Assembly: GCA_035528905.1 (NCBI GenBank)
Contig: DATKXU010000037.1
Coordinates: 7,860-71,859 of the forward strand
Length of the DNA stretch: 64,000 bases
Direction: 5' to 3'
Source of the DNA: Armatimonadota bacterium
GTDB taxonomy: Bacteria; Armatimonadota; UBA5829; DTJY01
The position numbers and the translations under genes were made by a program. Positions 1 through 8,208 of the stretch are shown here, one piece after another. Position 1 is the stretch's first letter. Every line of letters starts with the position of its first letter. The notes below the pieces were generated by a model. The model searched no databases, was not told the origin of the DNA, and saw only the letters and a list, made by a program, of their open reading frames with translations.

Positions 1-573
1 CTTGCCCATCTTCACCATGACCACCACGGCGCTGCACAGTCCGGCTATCTCCCTTACTATGCGGCGCTGGTTAGGATAAGGACTGAACAAGACCGTATGC
101 AGCGTCGTCACCACCGGCTTGCGCAGTCTTCGGAGAAACTCTAGTATGTATTCGCCGTCTTGGCCTCCGAAAATGCCGTATTCGTGCTGAACGTTGACCA
201 CGGAAACATGTGACTGATTGAGGAACTCTGCGGCGTCGAGATATGAGTGCAGGTCAGGCTTGCGGATTTGGAATTTCACGATCTTGGGGAAGGGTTCGAT
301 GTCCACCACTCCGCCGACAGCGACTACCGTCGGATCTGAGAAGGGCGTATACTTCGAAATGGCGCTGGCCAAATCTCGAGTAAAAGTTGCAATCCCACAT
401 TCCTGCGGAGGGTAAGTTGCCACATATGCTATATCAATGTGGTTCAGCACCCCGCGCAGGAATTTGAACATCTTAAGATCTTCGCGCTTCCATCCATCCC
501 TTTCCGAAGACTCATCGGTGGACGCCGGCGCCTCTGCGGGCGTCGGTTCAACTGGTCTGGCCTCTCTTGCCAT
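1..573 (-). CDS. Glycosyltransferase family 4 (GT4/GT1 N-terminal domain), partial; the 3' end of the gene lies outside the window
   Basis: The reverse-complement reading frame from the ATG at 571-573 runs off the window edge. Its translation, MAREARPVEP...KMFKFLRGVLNHIDIAYVATYPPQECGIATFTRDLASAI, matches the N-terminal Glyco_trans_4-like fold. The gene is absent from the ORF track because it is open at the window edge. Confidence 0.55.
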   Translation of the reverse strand, partial: MAREARPVEPTPAEAPASTDESSERDGWKREDLKMFKFLRGVLNHIDIAYVATYPPQECGIATFTRDLASAISKYTPFSDPTVVAVGGVVDIEPFPKIVKFQIRKPDLHSYLDAAEFLNQSHVSVVNVQHEYGIFGGQDGEYILEFLRRLRKPVVTTLHTVLFSPYPNQRRIVREIAGLCSAVVVMVKMGK

Positions 574-667
574 GTGTGTACTCCAGATCCCTCACGGCCG
601 ACACTTGGCGCCTTCTCGCACCCTCTCGGACCGGTCCTACCTTTGCCTAAGAGCGACGATCCATTGT

Positions 668-1018
668 CTAGCTCGACAGGCTGCGGACCGCCTCAGCCTC
701 GTCATCGAAAACCGAGAACACCTTACTTAAGCCCGTAATGCTGAGCACCTTGCGTATCTGCGGGCCTGCCCCGGAGAGAGCGAGTCCTCCGTCGTGTTCG
801 TTGATGCGGCGAAGGCCCCCTACCAGTGTTCCCAACCCGGAACTGTCTATATAGCTGACCTTTGCCATACTGATTACTACATTCCGATCGCCCGCCTTCA
901 GCAAGTCATTTATCGCATCCCGAAGCTTCGCGCATGTGTAGCCGTCAACATCACCTGTCAGGTCAACAACCGGAACCTTGCCCGTCCTCCGAATCTTGAC
1001 GTCGAGATCAGCATCCAT
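668..1018 (-). CDS. STAS-domain anti-sigma factor antagonist (SpoIIAA-like)
   Basis: The translation MDADLDVKIRRTGKVPVVDLTGDVDGYTCAKLRDAINDLL...SYIDSSGLGTLVGG is a typical anti-anti-sigma STAS fold. Start is the ATG at 1016-1018, with an AAGGAG site 9 nt upstream; the longer ORF-track start is GTG. Confidence 0.7.
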   Translation of the reverse strand: MDADLDVKIRRTGKVPVVDLTGDVDGYTCAKLRDAINDLLKAGDRNVVISMAKVSYIDSSGLGTLVGGLRRINEHDGGLALSGAGPQIRKVLSITGLSKVFSVFDDEAEAVRSLSS

Positions 1019-1483
1019 TGCTGTCACTCCTTCCGCGCACGGATGCGCCAACGCTGCCGGCCTCACAATCGGGCCGAAGGCGCATCGTTCCCTGACGCTC
1101 CTTTGACCCTAGTCGTGTTCTAACGCCGCTCACATCTCGCCGGCCAGGAATGCTACCATACCCTGATAGTTGTCTAAGGCAATAGTGTAAGTGCTGCAGC
1201 GGATGCAGCCCGTGACATCACGGGCCCACGTTATTTGGGAGTCACGTTAGTCTATTTCGAGGTCGGCAGAGTTTATTCCTTCGTGGGCAAGAAAGCCGAC
1301 CGTTGGCGTCTTCGAGGTTTCCAGCCCGCTGCAGTGCTTCTGTGCCCTAATAGGGAACTCCCCCGTGCTAACTCTGTTGCAAACCCTGTCGTTTTCGCCT
1401 AGAATGGGCACTGCAGATCGTTCTGCAATAAGGATACCATCTACAGAGGAGCATTGTCAAGCTACTCAGCAGGAGAAGCGCTT

Positions 1484-2239
1484 GTGGCTATCGGTTTGAT
1501 CGCTGGTACAGGGACGCATTTCTTATCGCCAAAGGAGCAGTGGTCCGAAGTTGCAACCCCCTACGGGCCTGCTTACCTGGCAGCCGGGGTCCTGGGCGGG
1601 AAAGAACTTGTGCTTCTGAGACGACACGGCCCAGCGTCGAACATACCTCCCCACCTGATCAACTACCGTGCGAATCTCTGGGCTCTGCGACAGGCCGGCG
1701 TCAAGCGCGTTCTGGCAACAGGGGCCGTCGGCTCCTTGAGAAAGGAGATAAAGCCTCCCTCTCTCGCAGTGGTCTGCGACTTTATTGATTTTACGAGGCA
1801 ACGCGAGACCACGATCCCCGACCGACAGGAAACAGCAGTGGTACACACCGATTTCTCCATCCCCTACTGTCCGGAAACATCCGCCGCGCTTGAACAGGCG
1901 GCAGCGGAGTCGGCAATAGCTCTGGGCCGCCGAGTCACGTATGTCTGCGTGGATGGCCCCAGATACGAGACCCCCGCAGAGGTGAGGATGTTTGCCAAAT
2001 TGGGCGGCGATGTTATCGGTATGACTGGGGTGCCGGAAGTCATTTTGGCAAGAGAGATGGGATTGTGTTACGCAGCACTGGCAATCGTGACAAACTATGC
2101 TACCGGCATCCTCAATCGGCCGGTTTCGCATGAGGATGTCATCGAATGCGTGGTCGAATGCCGGCAGCAGGTTCAAGAGGTGCTCGAGCGGACAGCGGCT
2201 ATAGTGCCTGAAACCCGGGCGTGCTGCGCGCCGCCGTAA
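1484..2239 (+). CDS. mtnP: S-methyl-5'-thioadenosine phosphorylase / purine nucleoside phosphorylase family
   Basis: The N-terminus AIGLIAGTG is the PNP/MTAP phosphate-binding motif, and the rest of the fold is conserved (VDGPRYETPAEVRMFAKLGGDVIGMTGVPEVILARE). The likely start is the GTG at 1484, preceded by AGGAGA at 1471-1476; the ORF-track start at 1454 is TTG. Confidence 0.75.
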   Translation: MAIGLIAGTGTHFLSPKEQWSEVATPYGPAYLAAGVLGGKELVLLRRHGPASNIPPHLINYRANLWALRQAGVKRVLATGAVGSLRKEIKPPSLAVVCDFIDFTRQRETTIPDRQETAVVHTDFSIPYCPETSAALEQAAAESAIALGRRVTYVCVDGPRYETPAEVRMFAKLGGDVIGMTGVPEVILAREMGLCYAALAIVTNYATGILNRPVSHEDVIECVVECRQQVQEVLERTAAIVPETRACCAPP

Positions 2240-2248
2240 GCCTCAGAG

Positions 2249-3307
2249 CTATGGACGGCGGATAAGCTGCTTCAGCTCGGTGAGATTCCCCGCGTTGAAG
2301 AATGCTTCCTCCTCGCTTATGAGACCCTCCTTGAAGTACCTGACGAGGCACTGGTTCATCGTCTGCATGCCCCAGAAGCCGCCTTCGCTGATCGCTGAAT
2401 AGATCTGGCCTGAACGCCCCTCCTCGATCAGCTTGCTTACGGTCGGCGTGGCGATCATGATCTCCACGGCTGCTATGCGCCCAACGCCGTCGGCTTTCGG
2501 CAGCAGCTTCTGTGAGGCTATGCCTCGCAGGGAGTTTGCCATGCGCATACATATCTGAGGCTTGTCGTGCGGCGGGAACATGTTGATCATCCGGTCCATG
2601 GTTTCGGATGCGCTGGTAGTGTGTACGGTTGACATGACGAGGTGACCCGTCTCCGAAGCGGCCAGAGCGACGTTCATCGTCTCCACATCGCGCATCTCAC
2701 CGATGAGGATGACATCAGGGCTCTGCCTCACAATGTACTTGAGCGCATCAGTAAACGAGTCCGTGTCTATCCCGACCTCTCTCTGGTTGATGATTGAGAG
2801 CCTATCCTCGTGTACGAACTCTATGGGATCCTCGATGGTTACAACATTGCAGCGGCGGGTGTTGTTTATTAGATCAATCATGGCTGCCAGCGTCGTTGAT
2901 TTCCCGCAGCCTGTAGGACCCGTAACCAAGATCAATCCCTGCCGGTGCATAGTCAGATCGCTGACTACCGCCGGCATGCCGAGCTCCTCGAGGTTGTATA
3001 TTTGGAGAGGAATCAGCCTGAGCACCGCACCTATGCTCCCACGCTGCTGGTACACGTTCGCCCTGAATCTAGCTACCTTGTCTATCGTGAAGGCCAGATC
3101 CAGCTCATGCCTGTGCTCGAATCGTGCGATCTGATTGGAGTTCATGATGCTGTACGCCAGCTCGCGCACATCATCCGCAGTAAGCGCCGGAAAGTCTGTA
3201 GGCATGACCCTGCCGTCAACTCGCAGCGTCGGCGGCGATTTCTCCTTCAAGAACAGATCGGAGGCCTTCTTTTCCGCTGCAAACTTCGCAAGTTCAGTGA
3301 GGTCCAT
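2249..3307 (-). CDS. pilT: Type IV pilus retraction ATPase PilT (twitching motility)
   Basis: Walker A GPTGCGKSTT is present along with PilT/PilU-family conservation throughout the 352 aa (VHTTSASETMDRMINMFPP, EGGFWGMQTMNQCL). The ATG at 3305-3307 is taken as start. Confidence 0.85.
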   Translation of the reverse strand: MDLTELAKFAAEKKASDLFLKEKSPPTLRVDGRVMPTDFPALTADDVRELAYSIMNSNQIARFEHRHELDLAFTIDKVARFRANVYQQRGSIGAVLRLIPLQIYNLEELGMPAVVSDLTMHRQGLILVTGPTGCGKSTTLAAMIDLINNTRRCNVVTIEDPIEFVHEDRLSIINQREVGIDTDSFTDALKYIVRQSPDVILIGEMRDVETMNVALAASETGHLVMSTVHTTSASETMDRMINMFPPHDKPQICMRMANSLRGIASQKLLPKADGVGRIAAVEIMIATPTVSKLIEEGRSGQIYSAISEGGFWGMQTMNQCLVRYFKEGLISEEEAFFNAGNLTELKQLIRRP

Positions 3308-3317
3308 CAAGACTCGA

Positions 3318-4037
3318 TCAACTCCTTTGATCCCTATCCCCAGTATTGGGCCTGGCAGCCCTTCTCGTTACCAGGTATGTGAGCGCAGCAGCGAAGACCG
3401 CCAGCGCTGCAACAAACGAAAGAGCCAAAGCGCCAGGTCTTCTCCATCCGCTCTGCGTGGGCCTTTGTGCAATTCCGGTGGGAGGCAGTCCCAGGGTCTC
3501 GAACTTGGCGTCCTTCACGATCACGGTGTATTCGTAGGTATTAGTGCCACGTTTGAGCGAAATCTTGACGTACTTGTTTTCGTAATCCTCCAAGCCGTGG
3601 AATGTGAAACTCGGAGGCACGACGTAGATGATCTTCATCGTCCTCAGACGTCTCAGAGGCTTGACGATGGGCTCGACAGGCAGGACTCCAGACTCAAGCT
3701 TGATCGCTTCGGGTGTCATGAACGTAACAGACGTCATGGGATTCTCGGGCGGCGCAGACAAGGTCTCGTCCGAGATGTCGACATTCGCAGCACTCCAGCC
3801 TGTCTCGGACAGCAGTTGCCACAGTTGATGCTCCGCTTCGCTCCTCGCAATAACCTTAGCGTAGGTTACGGATACCCAATGCCCTCCCTGGTTTCTGGCG
3901 TCTACCCACACAATCACATCCGGCGCCGGGCTAGCAGGCTGACTTGCAGCGGAGAAAGCACCGCTCGGCGCAATCAGCGTGAGTGACAGAGCAGCCAGTG
4001 CGCACCGTATGATGATTCCAGTAAGTGCCCGACTCAT
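3318..4037 (-). CDS. Hypothetical secreted protein (signal peptide)
   Basis: The ORF-track ORF 3318..4316 runs through a tRNA-Ala gene, so it was trimmed to the internal ATG at 4035-4037. The trimmed product begins MSRALTGIIIRCALAALSLTLIAPSGAFSAAS, a signal peptide, and shows no recognisable family. Confidence 0.45.
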   Translation of the reverse strand: MSRALTGIIIRCALAALSLTLIAPSGAFSAASQPASPAPDVIVWVDARNQGGHWVSVTYAKVIARSEAEHQLWQLLSETGWSAANVDISDETLSAPPENPMTSVTFMTPEAIKLESGVLPVEPIVKPLRRLRTMKIIYVVPPSFTFHGLEDYENKYVKISLKRGTNTYEYTVIVKDAKFETLGLPPTGIAQRPTQSGWRRPGALALSFVAALAVFAAALTYLVTRRAARPNTGDRDQRS

Positions 4038-4093
4038 CGTATGAGATGCCTCTGTGCGGGCGGCCCCGACCCGCAGCTCAGATGGCACAAAAA

Positions 4094-4168
4094 TGGTGGA
4101 GCTGATGGGAGTCGAACCCACGGCCTCTTCCATGCCAAGGAAGCGCTCTCCCACTGAGCTACAGCCCC
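4094..4168 (-). tRNA. tRNA-Ala(GGC)
   Basis: Reverse complement: GGGGCTGTAGCTCAGTGGGAGAGCGCTTCCTTGGCATGGAAGAGGCCGTGGGTTCGACTCCCATCAGCTCCACCA. It has a G3:U70 pair, an anticodon loop UUGGCAU (anticodon GGC), a T-loop GGTTCGA and a CCA end. Confidence 0.85.
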
Positions 4169-4295
4169 ACTTCAACTTCGCGGATATTATACTACAAAAC
4201 CCGGGCAGGTGCAACACAGGTTCTGGAGCTGCGTCGAACAACGTGAACGTGAGACAAACATGCTCAGCAGCAGGGCCGTCCCGGATCGGGGCGTG

Positions 4296-4323
4296 TTGAC
4301 AACCCGAGCAGAACATGTATGAT
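4296..4323 (+). promoter_or_regulatory. Sigma70-like promoter (TTGACA-16 nt-TATGAT) upstream of the Lrp-like gene
   Basis: TTGACA is at 4296-4301 and TATGAT at 4318-4323, separated by a 16-nt spacer. The element lies about 45 nt upstream of the ATG at 4370. Confidence 0.4.
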
Positions 4324-4369
4324 GGTAGGCACAGCGTCCAAACGTTGACTATCAGGGAGGTGTGGCGGC

Positions 4370-4651
4370 ATGGTGACCGCGATTGTTCTGATAACCGCAG
4401 AGAGAATGAGCATCCCGGAGACAGCGGAGACGCTGGCCGAGATCGAAGGAGTGGCGGAAGTCTATTCCGTATCGGGCGAGTTCGACATTGTGGCTATACT
4501 TCGGGTGCGTCAGTACGAGGAATTGGCGAGTCTAGTGACGGAGCGACTGCTGAAGATTCCCACGATAACGCGGACTCAAACCCACATGGCGTTTCAGGCG
4601 TACTCGAAGCACGACCTGGAGCGCATATTCGGGATCGGCGCAGAAGTGTAG
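4370..4651 (+). CDS. Lrp/AsnC-type ligand-binding (RAM) domain protein, stand-alone small regulator
   Basis: The 93-aa product (SIPETAETLAEIEGVAEVYSVSGEFDIVAILRVRQYEELASLV) resembles the AsnC_trans_reg C-terminal domain. A GGGAGG ribosome-binding site precedes the ATG. Confidence 0.55.
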   Translation: MVTAIVLITAERMSIPETAETLAEIEGVAEVYSVSGEFDIVAILRVRQYEELASLVTERLLKIPTITRTQTHMAFQAYSKHDLERIFGIGAEV

Positions 4652-4713
4652 GGACTGTCAGCGGTCAACTGTGGAAAGTATTCTCTTGCTTATGCGTAGG
4701 CCTACCAGCTACA

Positions 4714-4810
4714 TGGCGGGAGTGTGTGGGAATCGAACCCACCCAGGACACTCTTCATGCCCTACACAGGTTTTGAAGACCAGGAGAGCCACCAGGCCCC
4801 ATCCACTCCC
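4714..4810 (-). tRNA. selC: tRNA-Sec (selC), anticodon UCA, 97 nt
   Basis: Reverse complement: GGGAGTGGATGGGGCCTGGTGGCTCTCCTGGTCTTCAAAACCTGTGTAGGGCATGAAGAGTGTCCTGGGTGGGTTCGATTCCCACACACTCCCGCCA. The anticodon loop CUUCAAA matches E. coli selC (ggaCTTCAAAtcc). It has a long variable arm (GGGCA/TGTCC stem), a T-loop GGTTCGATTCC, discriminator G and a CCA end. Its length is consistent with tRNA-Sec, and it lies adjacent to selA. Confidence 0.75.
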
Positions 4811-4923
4811 GAATAAGTCCGCATACACAGTATACGCGGGGTCATAGAGGGAGTCAAGTCGGGCGGGCTGCCCCGGCGCACAACTGCGGAAGGCCGCCTG
4901 CATATCCTCGGGGGTTGCAACTC

Positions 4924-5604
4924 TCAGTTTGCCTGTGGGTAGTCCGGACCTTGCTGCGCCTGTTCCAGCTCTTCTGGCAGCTCAACTCGCTGGGCTTGCA
5001 CGACCGCGAGGAACGCCTCCACAACAATGGAATCGAACTGCGTGCCTGCGCTTCCTCGGAGTTCGTCCAGCGCCTCATCAAGCCGCATAGCATCTCGCCA
5101 GGGCACATCCGATACGAGCATATCGAACGTCTCTGCAACGGCAATGATGCGCGCGCCAAGGGGGATCTCATGACCTTTCAACCCGTCGGGATATCCCTTC
5201 CCATCGAACCTCTCATGGTGGTGCTTTATCATTGGCAGGCAGGGCTTCAACTCCTCGACGCGCTCAAGCATTCTGATCGCAATTGTGCTATGAAGGCGCA
5301 TGATCTCGAACTCGCGGTCTGTCAGCCGGCCGAGCTTCTCGACGATTTGTTTGGAGATGCCAACCTTTCCGATGTCATGCAGGATAGCGGCACGCCTGAG
5401 CGCAACTAGTTCCTTTTGCGGAAGATCGAGATGCTTGCCCATTGAAACTGCGTAGGCAGCCACACGATCACTGTGTCCGTCCGGTGCTCCCAGGCTCGCC
5501 GACCTCAGGTTCAACATTCCCATGAGGGCTTGTGTTTCGGATTTGATCGTCGGGGGCGTCGGGACATCAGGCTCAGGGTCTTCCGCCAGTCTCTTCATCA
5601 ACAT
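4924..5604 (-). CDS. HD-GYP domain phosphohydrolase (putative c-di-GMP phosphodiesterase)
   Basis: The translation carries LHDIGK...HHERFDGKGYPDGL, i.e. the HD and GYP motifs. Start is the ATG at 5602-5604. Confidence 0.75.
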   Translation of the reverse strand: MLMKRLAEDPEPDVPTPPTIKSETQALMGMLNLRSASLGAPDGHSDRVAAYAVSMGKHLDLPQKELVALRRAAILHDIGKVGISKQIVEKLGRLTDREFEIMRLHSTIAIRMLERVEELKPCLPMIKHHHERFDGKGYPDGLKGHEIPLGARIIAVAETFDMLVSDVPWRDAMRLDEALDELRGSAGTQFDSIVVEAFLAVVQAQRVELPEELEQAQQGPDYPQAN

Positions 5605-5668
5605 TCGTCATCTCCTCTACAGATTCATACGTTTTTAATTATCGGCTCGGAGTAGCACTGACAGGAGA

Positions 5669-7081
5669 CTACGGGCGGAAAATTTCCTCTGCGGCGCGGA
5701 CTATGTGCTGGATCTCGTTGTCTTCGATGGTTCGCAGGTCCAGAAGGAATCGGTCATCCGCCACCCTGCCAAAGATTGGCGGTTCGGCCATACGAAACGC
5801 CTTGGCAAGGTCCGCAGCGCTCATGCGGACGGATGAGATCGCGAGGAGCTTTGTCGGCAGGTGCTCGCCAGGCAGCGATCCACCGCCGATCTCCGAGAGC
5901 CCGTCGGTTACCTCGGCCCCCGCTCTGTCTGCAGCAACCCTGGTGATTGCCCGCCGCAAGCGCGTCGCTGAGCGATTAATATCCGCCAGCGACCGGCTGA
6001 TGAATCTAAGCGTGGGGACAGCACTCTGGAGAGTCTCGGGATCGGTGTAAAGCCTAAGGGTGCTCTCCAAGGCGGCGACGGTCAGTTTGTCGATACGAAG
6101 AGCTCGCGCCATCGGATTTCCAGCCATGGCACCCACAACCTGCCCTCGCCCGACGATGAGGCCGGCCTGCGGGCCGCCGAGAAGTTTGTCTCCGCTGAAC
6201 ATCACGACATCCGCCCCAGCCTTGACGCTGTCCTGCACGAGCGGCTCGCCTCTTAGCCCAAAGCGCGTTACATCCACCAGTGCGCCGCTTCCAAGGTCTT
6301 CCGCGACCGGGATATTGCAGCGGCGCCCGAGTTGTACCAAGTCGCCGATGGGGACTTCACTCGTGAAGCCGACGATGCGGAAGTTGCTCGTGTGCACGCG
6401 CAGTATCAAGGCCGTCTGATCGGAGATGGCAGCCTCGTAGTCGTCCAGGCGGGTGTGGTTCGTCGTTCCCACCTCTACCAACCGCGCACCTGATCGAGCC
6501 ATTATGTCAGGGAGCCTGAATGAACCCCCGATCTCTACTAACTGCCCTCGTGAGACTATGACTTCCTTACCGTTCGCTAGCGTATTCAGAGCCAGCATGA
6601 CGGCGGCTGCATTGTTATTCACAGCGAATCCGGCTTCCGCGCCGCATAGCTCGGCTAGGAGCTTGCTGAAGTGTATATCCCGCGAGCCTCGACCGCCGGT
6701 CTCCAGGTTGGTCTCGAGGTTCGAGTGACCGGCAGCGACGGCATTCAGCGCCGCGAGAGTCGCTTCTGGCAGCACAGCACGGCCCAGACCGGTATGCAAG
6801 ATGACTCCGGTTCCGTTGATTGCTTTTCGAAGCGATGGACTGCTGAGCCGCAGTGCCAGGTCACGGGCCTGGTCCGCTATGCGTTTGGGCGATAGATCCT
6901 CCGCCGTCGGCATCGGGCCGTCCAAGACTCTGTTGCGAAGTTCATCGAGAGTTTGACGCACGGCGGTGACAACCGTGCTGCGGGGAACTCGCCCTGCCAA
7001 CTCCTTCAGAGCCGCGGTGTTCAGCAGTCTATCCACGGCCGGCAAGCTTCGCACAACCTCACGCGCCGTGTCCTTGGTCAT
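5669..7081 (-). CDS. selA: L-seryl-tRNA(Sec) selenium transferase (selenocysteine synthase)
   Basis: The 470-aa product carries SelA signatures (GTGVILHTGLGRA, FSGDKLLGGPQAGLIVG) in a PLP-dependent fold. Start is the ATG at 7079-7081, preceded by AGGAG. Confidence 0.9.
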   Translation of the reverse strand: MTKDTAREVVRSLPAVDRLLNTAALKELAGRVPRSTVVTAVRQTLDELRNRVLDGPMPTAEDLSPKRIADQARDLALRLSSPSLRKAINGTGVILHTGLGRAVLPEATLAALNAVAAGHSNLETNLETGGRGSRDIHFSKLLAELCGAEAGFAVNNNAAAVMLALNTLANGKEVIVSRGQLVEIGGSFRLPDIMARSGARLVEVGTTNHTRLDDYEAAISDQTALILRVHTSNFRIVGFTSEVPIGDLVQLGRRCNIPVAEDLGSGALVDVTRFGLRGEPLVQDSVKAGADVVMFSGDKLLGGPQAGLIVGRGQVVGAMAGNPMARALRIDKLTVAALESTLRLYTDPETLQSAVPTLRFISRSLADINRSATRLRRAITRVAADRAGAEVTDGLSEIGGGSLPGEHLPTKLLAISSVRMSAADLAKAFRMAEPPIFGRVADDRFLLDLRTIEDNEIQHIVRAAEEIFRP

Positions 7082-7204
7082 CGGGAAGCTCCTGATCTGC
7101 GTAGTATTCCCCTACATATTACCACAAGTTGCCTGCCAGGGTAATGCAAGTCGTGAGGCGCTTTGCGAGAATATGGCCCCCCGCAGGTTTGACTACTCTG
7201 ATCT

Positions 7205-7540
7205 TCAGCGCTCGGTCTTCCCGGGCCCTGGCGGGGCTGCGCTCATATCCTTGATCTTCTGCTCGAGAGCGGCTATTCTGGTTTCCAGCGCTGCGATCTG
7301 GGTCCGATCCGCGACACCGATTTCCTTGAGCGTGTCCCTTATTTGCGCGCGGATACGCTCATTCAGCTTGCGGCGTTCTTCCTCGGTGCGGCACATCAGC
7401 TCTTCGTACATCTTCCTGCCTTCTTCAGCGGTGATTTCGCCGCGCTTCACCAGATCGTCTACCACCTCCCTTATCTTATCCGCAGACACGGCGGCCGCTC
7501 CAAGACCAAATAGCAGCAGCTTGCGAAGTGTCTCAAACAT
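7205..7540 (-). CDS. Phasin-like protein (COG3937, PHA-granule regulator family)
   Basis: The product MFETLRKLLLFGLGAAAVSADKIREVVDDLVKRGEITAEEGRKMYEEL... is coiled-coil rich. Start is the ATG at 7538-7540, preceded by GGAGG. The 5' extension in the ORF track has no ribosome-binding site. Confidence 0.5.
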   Translation of the reverse strand: MFETLRKLLLFGLGAAAVSADKIREVVDDLVKRGEITAEEGRKMYEELMCRTEEERRKLNERIRAQIRDTLKEIGVADRTQIAALETRIAALEQKIKDMSAAPPGPGKTER

Positions 7541-7628
7541 TCCAATGCCTCCTTGTTCTTGACTTGGCATGAAGGGCGCTCCGAAGTGGCAGATCGGCGA
7601 TGGCGGCAGTTCCCTTGCCACGGCTGCA

Positions 7629-8138
7629 TCAGTCGCGGCGCCAGTTGACTCGCAACAGCTTCGTATCCCGCGACCACTTGTACTCAACGTCTCCCGAATA
7701 CGACTTCCGCACGGCCCGGCCCAGCTTCTGCGCAAGCTTCTCGTTTGTCGTGAGCACGACCAGCCCAGCGTCAGACCGCTCTATATCCATTATACGCGCC
7801 AGGGGATTGGTTTGCATTGCCCTCCGGTTTTCGCGATTCAGGAGATTTACTATCTCACGCTCATGATGCTCCAGGAACGCACCGGAGAGGGCAAGCACGC
7901 CGCCGGGCAAACGGTCCTTTATCTTCCGGCAGCCCGGACACAATGTATCCACTAGGCGTTTCGCTCGTGCCAGATCGCGCGCCGCCTGACTCTCCAGCTC
8001 CCACCTGTGGCCTGCGTATACGGAGCGGCACTCCCGGCAGATTGCAACTTCATCGGGCTTCAAGTCCAGAAGGTAGGGGTCACCGGATGTCTTCACATTC
8101 CTGCGAATACGGACCAGCTTTTTGCGTGAGGTGATCAC
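7629..8138 (-). CDS. Zinc-ribbon protein with paired CxxC motifs (NMD3-like; function unknown)
   Basis: Two CxxC pairs are present: CRECRSVY...CPGCRKIK. The likely start is a GTG that sits 8 nt downstream of AGGAGG; the N-terminal part of the longer ORF-track version is low-complexity. The family assignment is tentative. Confidence 0.4.
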   Translation of the reverse strand: MITSRKKLVRIRRNVKTSGDPYLLDLKPDEVAICRECRSVYAGHRWELESQAARDLARAKRLVDTLCPGCRKIKDRLPGGVLALSGAFLEHHEREIVNLLNRENRRAMQTNPLARIMDIERSDAGLVVLTTNEKLAQKLGRAVRKSYSGDVEYKWSRDTKLLRVNWRRD

Positions 8139-8208
8139 TCCAAGCTCCTCCTGAGCATGTTTACCCCACGGTATCGCCGGGAAAACAACGCGAAAGGACC
8201 AGTGAGCG

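Noticed and set aside
3318-4316. 332-aa ORF on the minus strand
   Set aside because: Its 5' third runs across the tRNA-Ala gene (4094-4168) and lacks a ribosome-binding site. It was trimmed to the internal ATG at 4037, which exposes a signal peptide.
4315-4903. ORFs 4315..4776 (+) and 4709..4903 (-)
   Set aside because: They overlap the tRNA-Sec gene and the Lrp-like gene and show no protein-like features. They are high-GC shadow ORFs.
7100-7145. Sigma54-like promoter TGGCAG-N5-TTGTG upstream of selA (minus strand)
   Set aside because: The -12 element is non-consensus (TTGT instead of TTGC[AT]). An overlapping extended -10 sigma70 promoter explains the site better. It is left as ambiguous.
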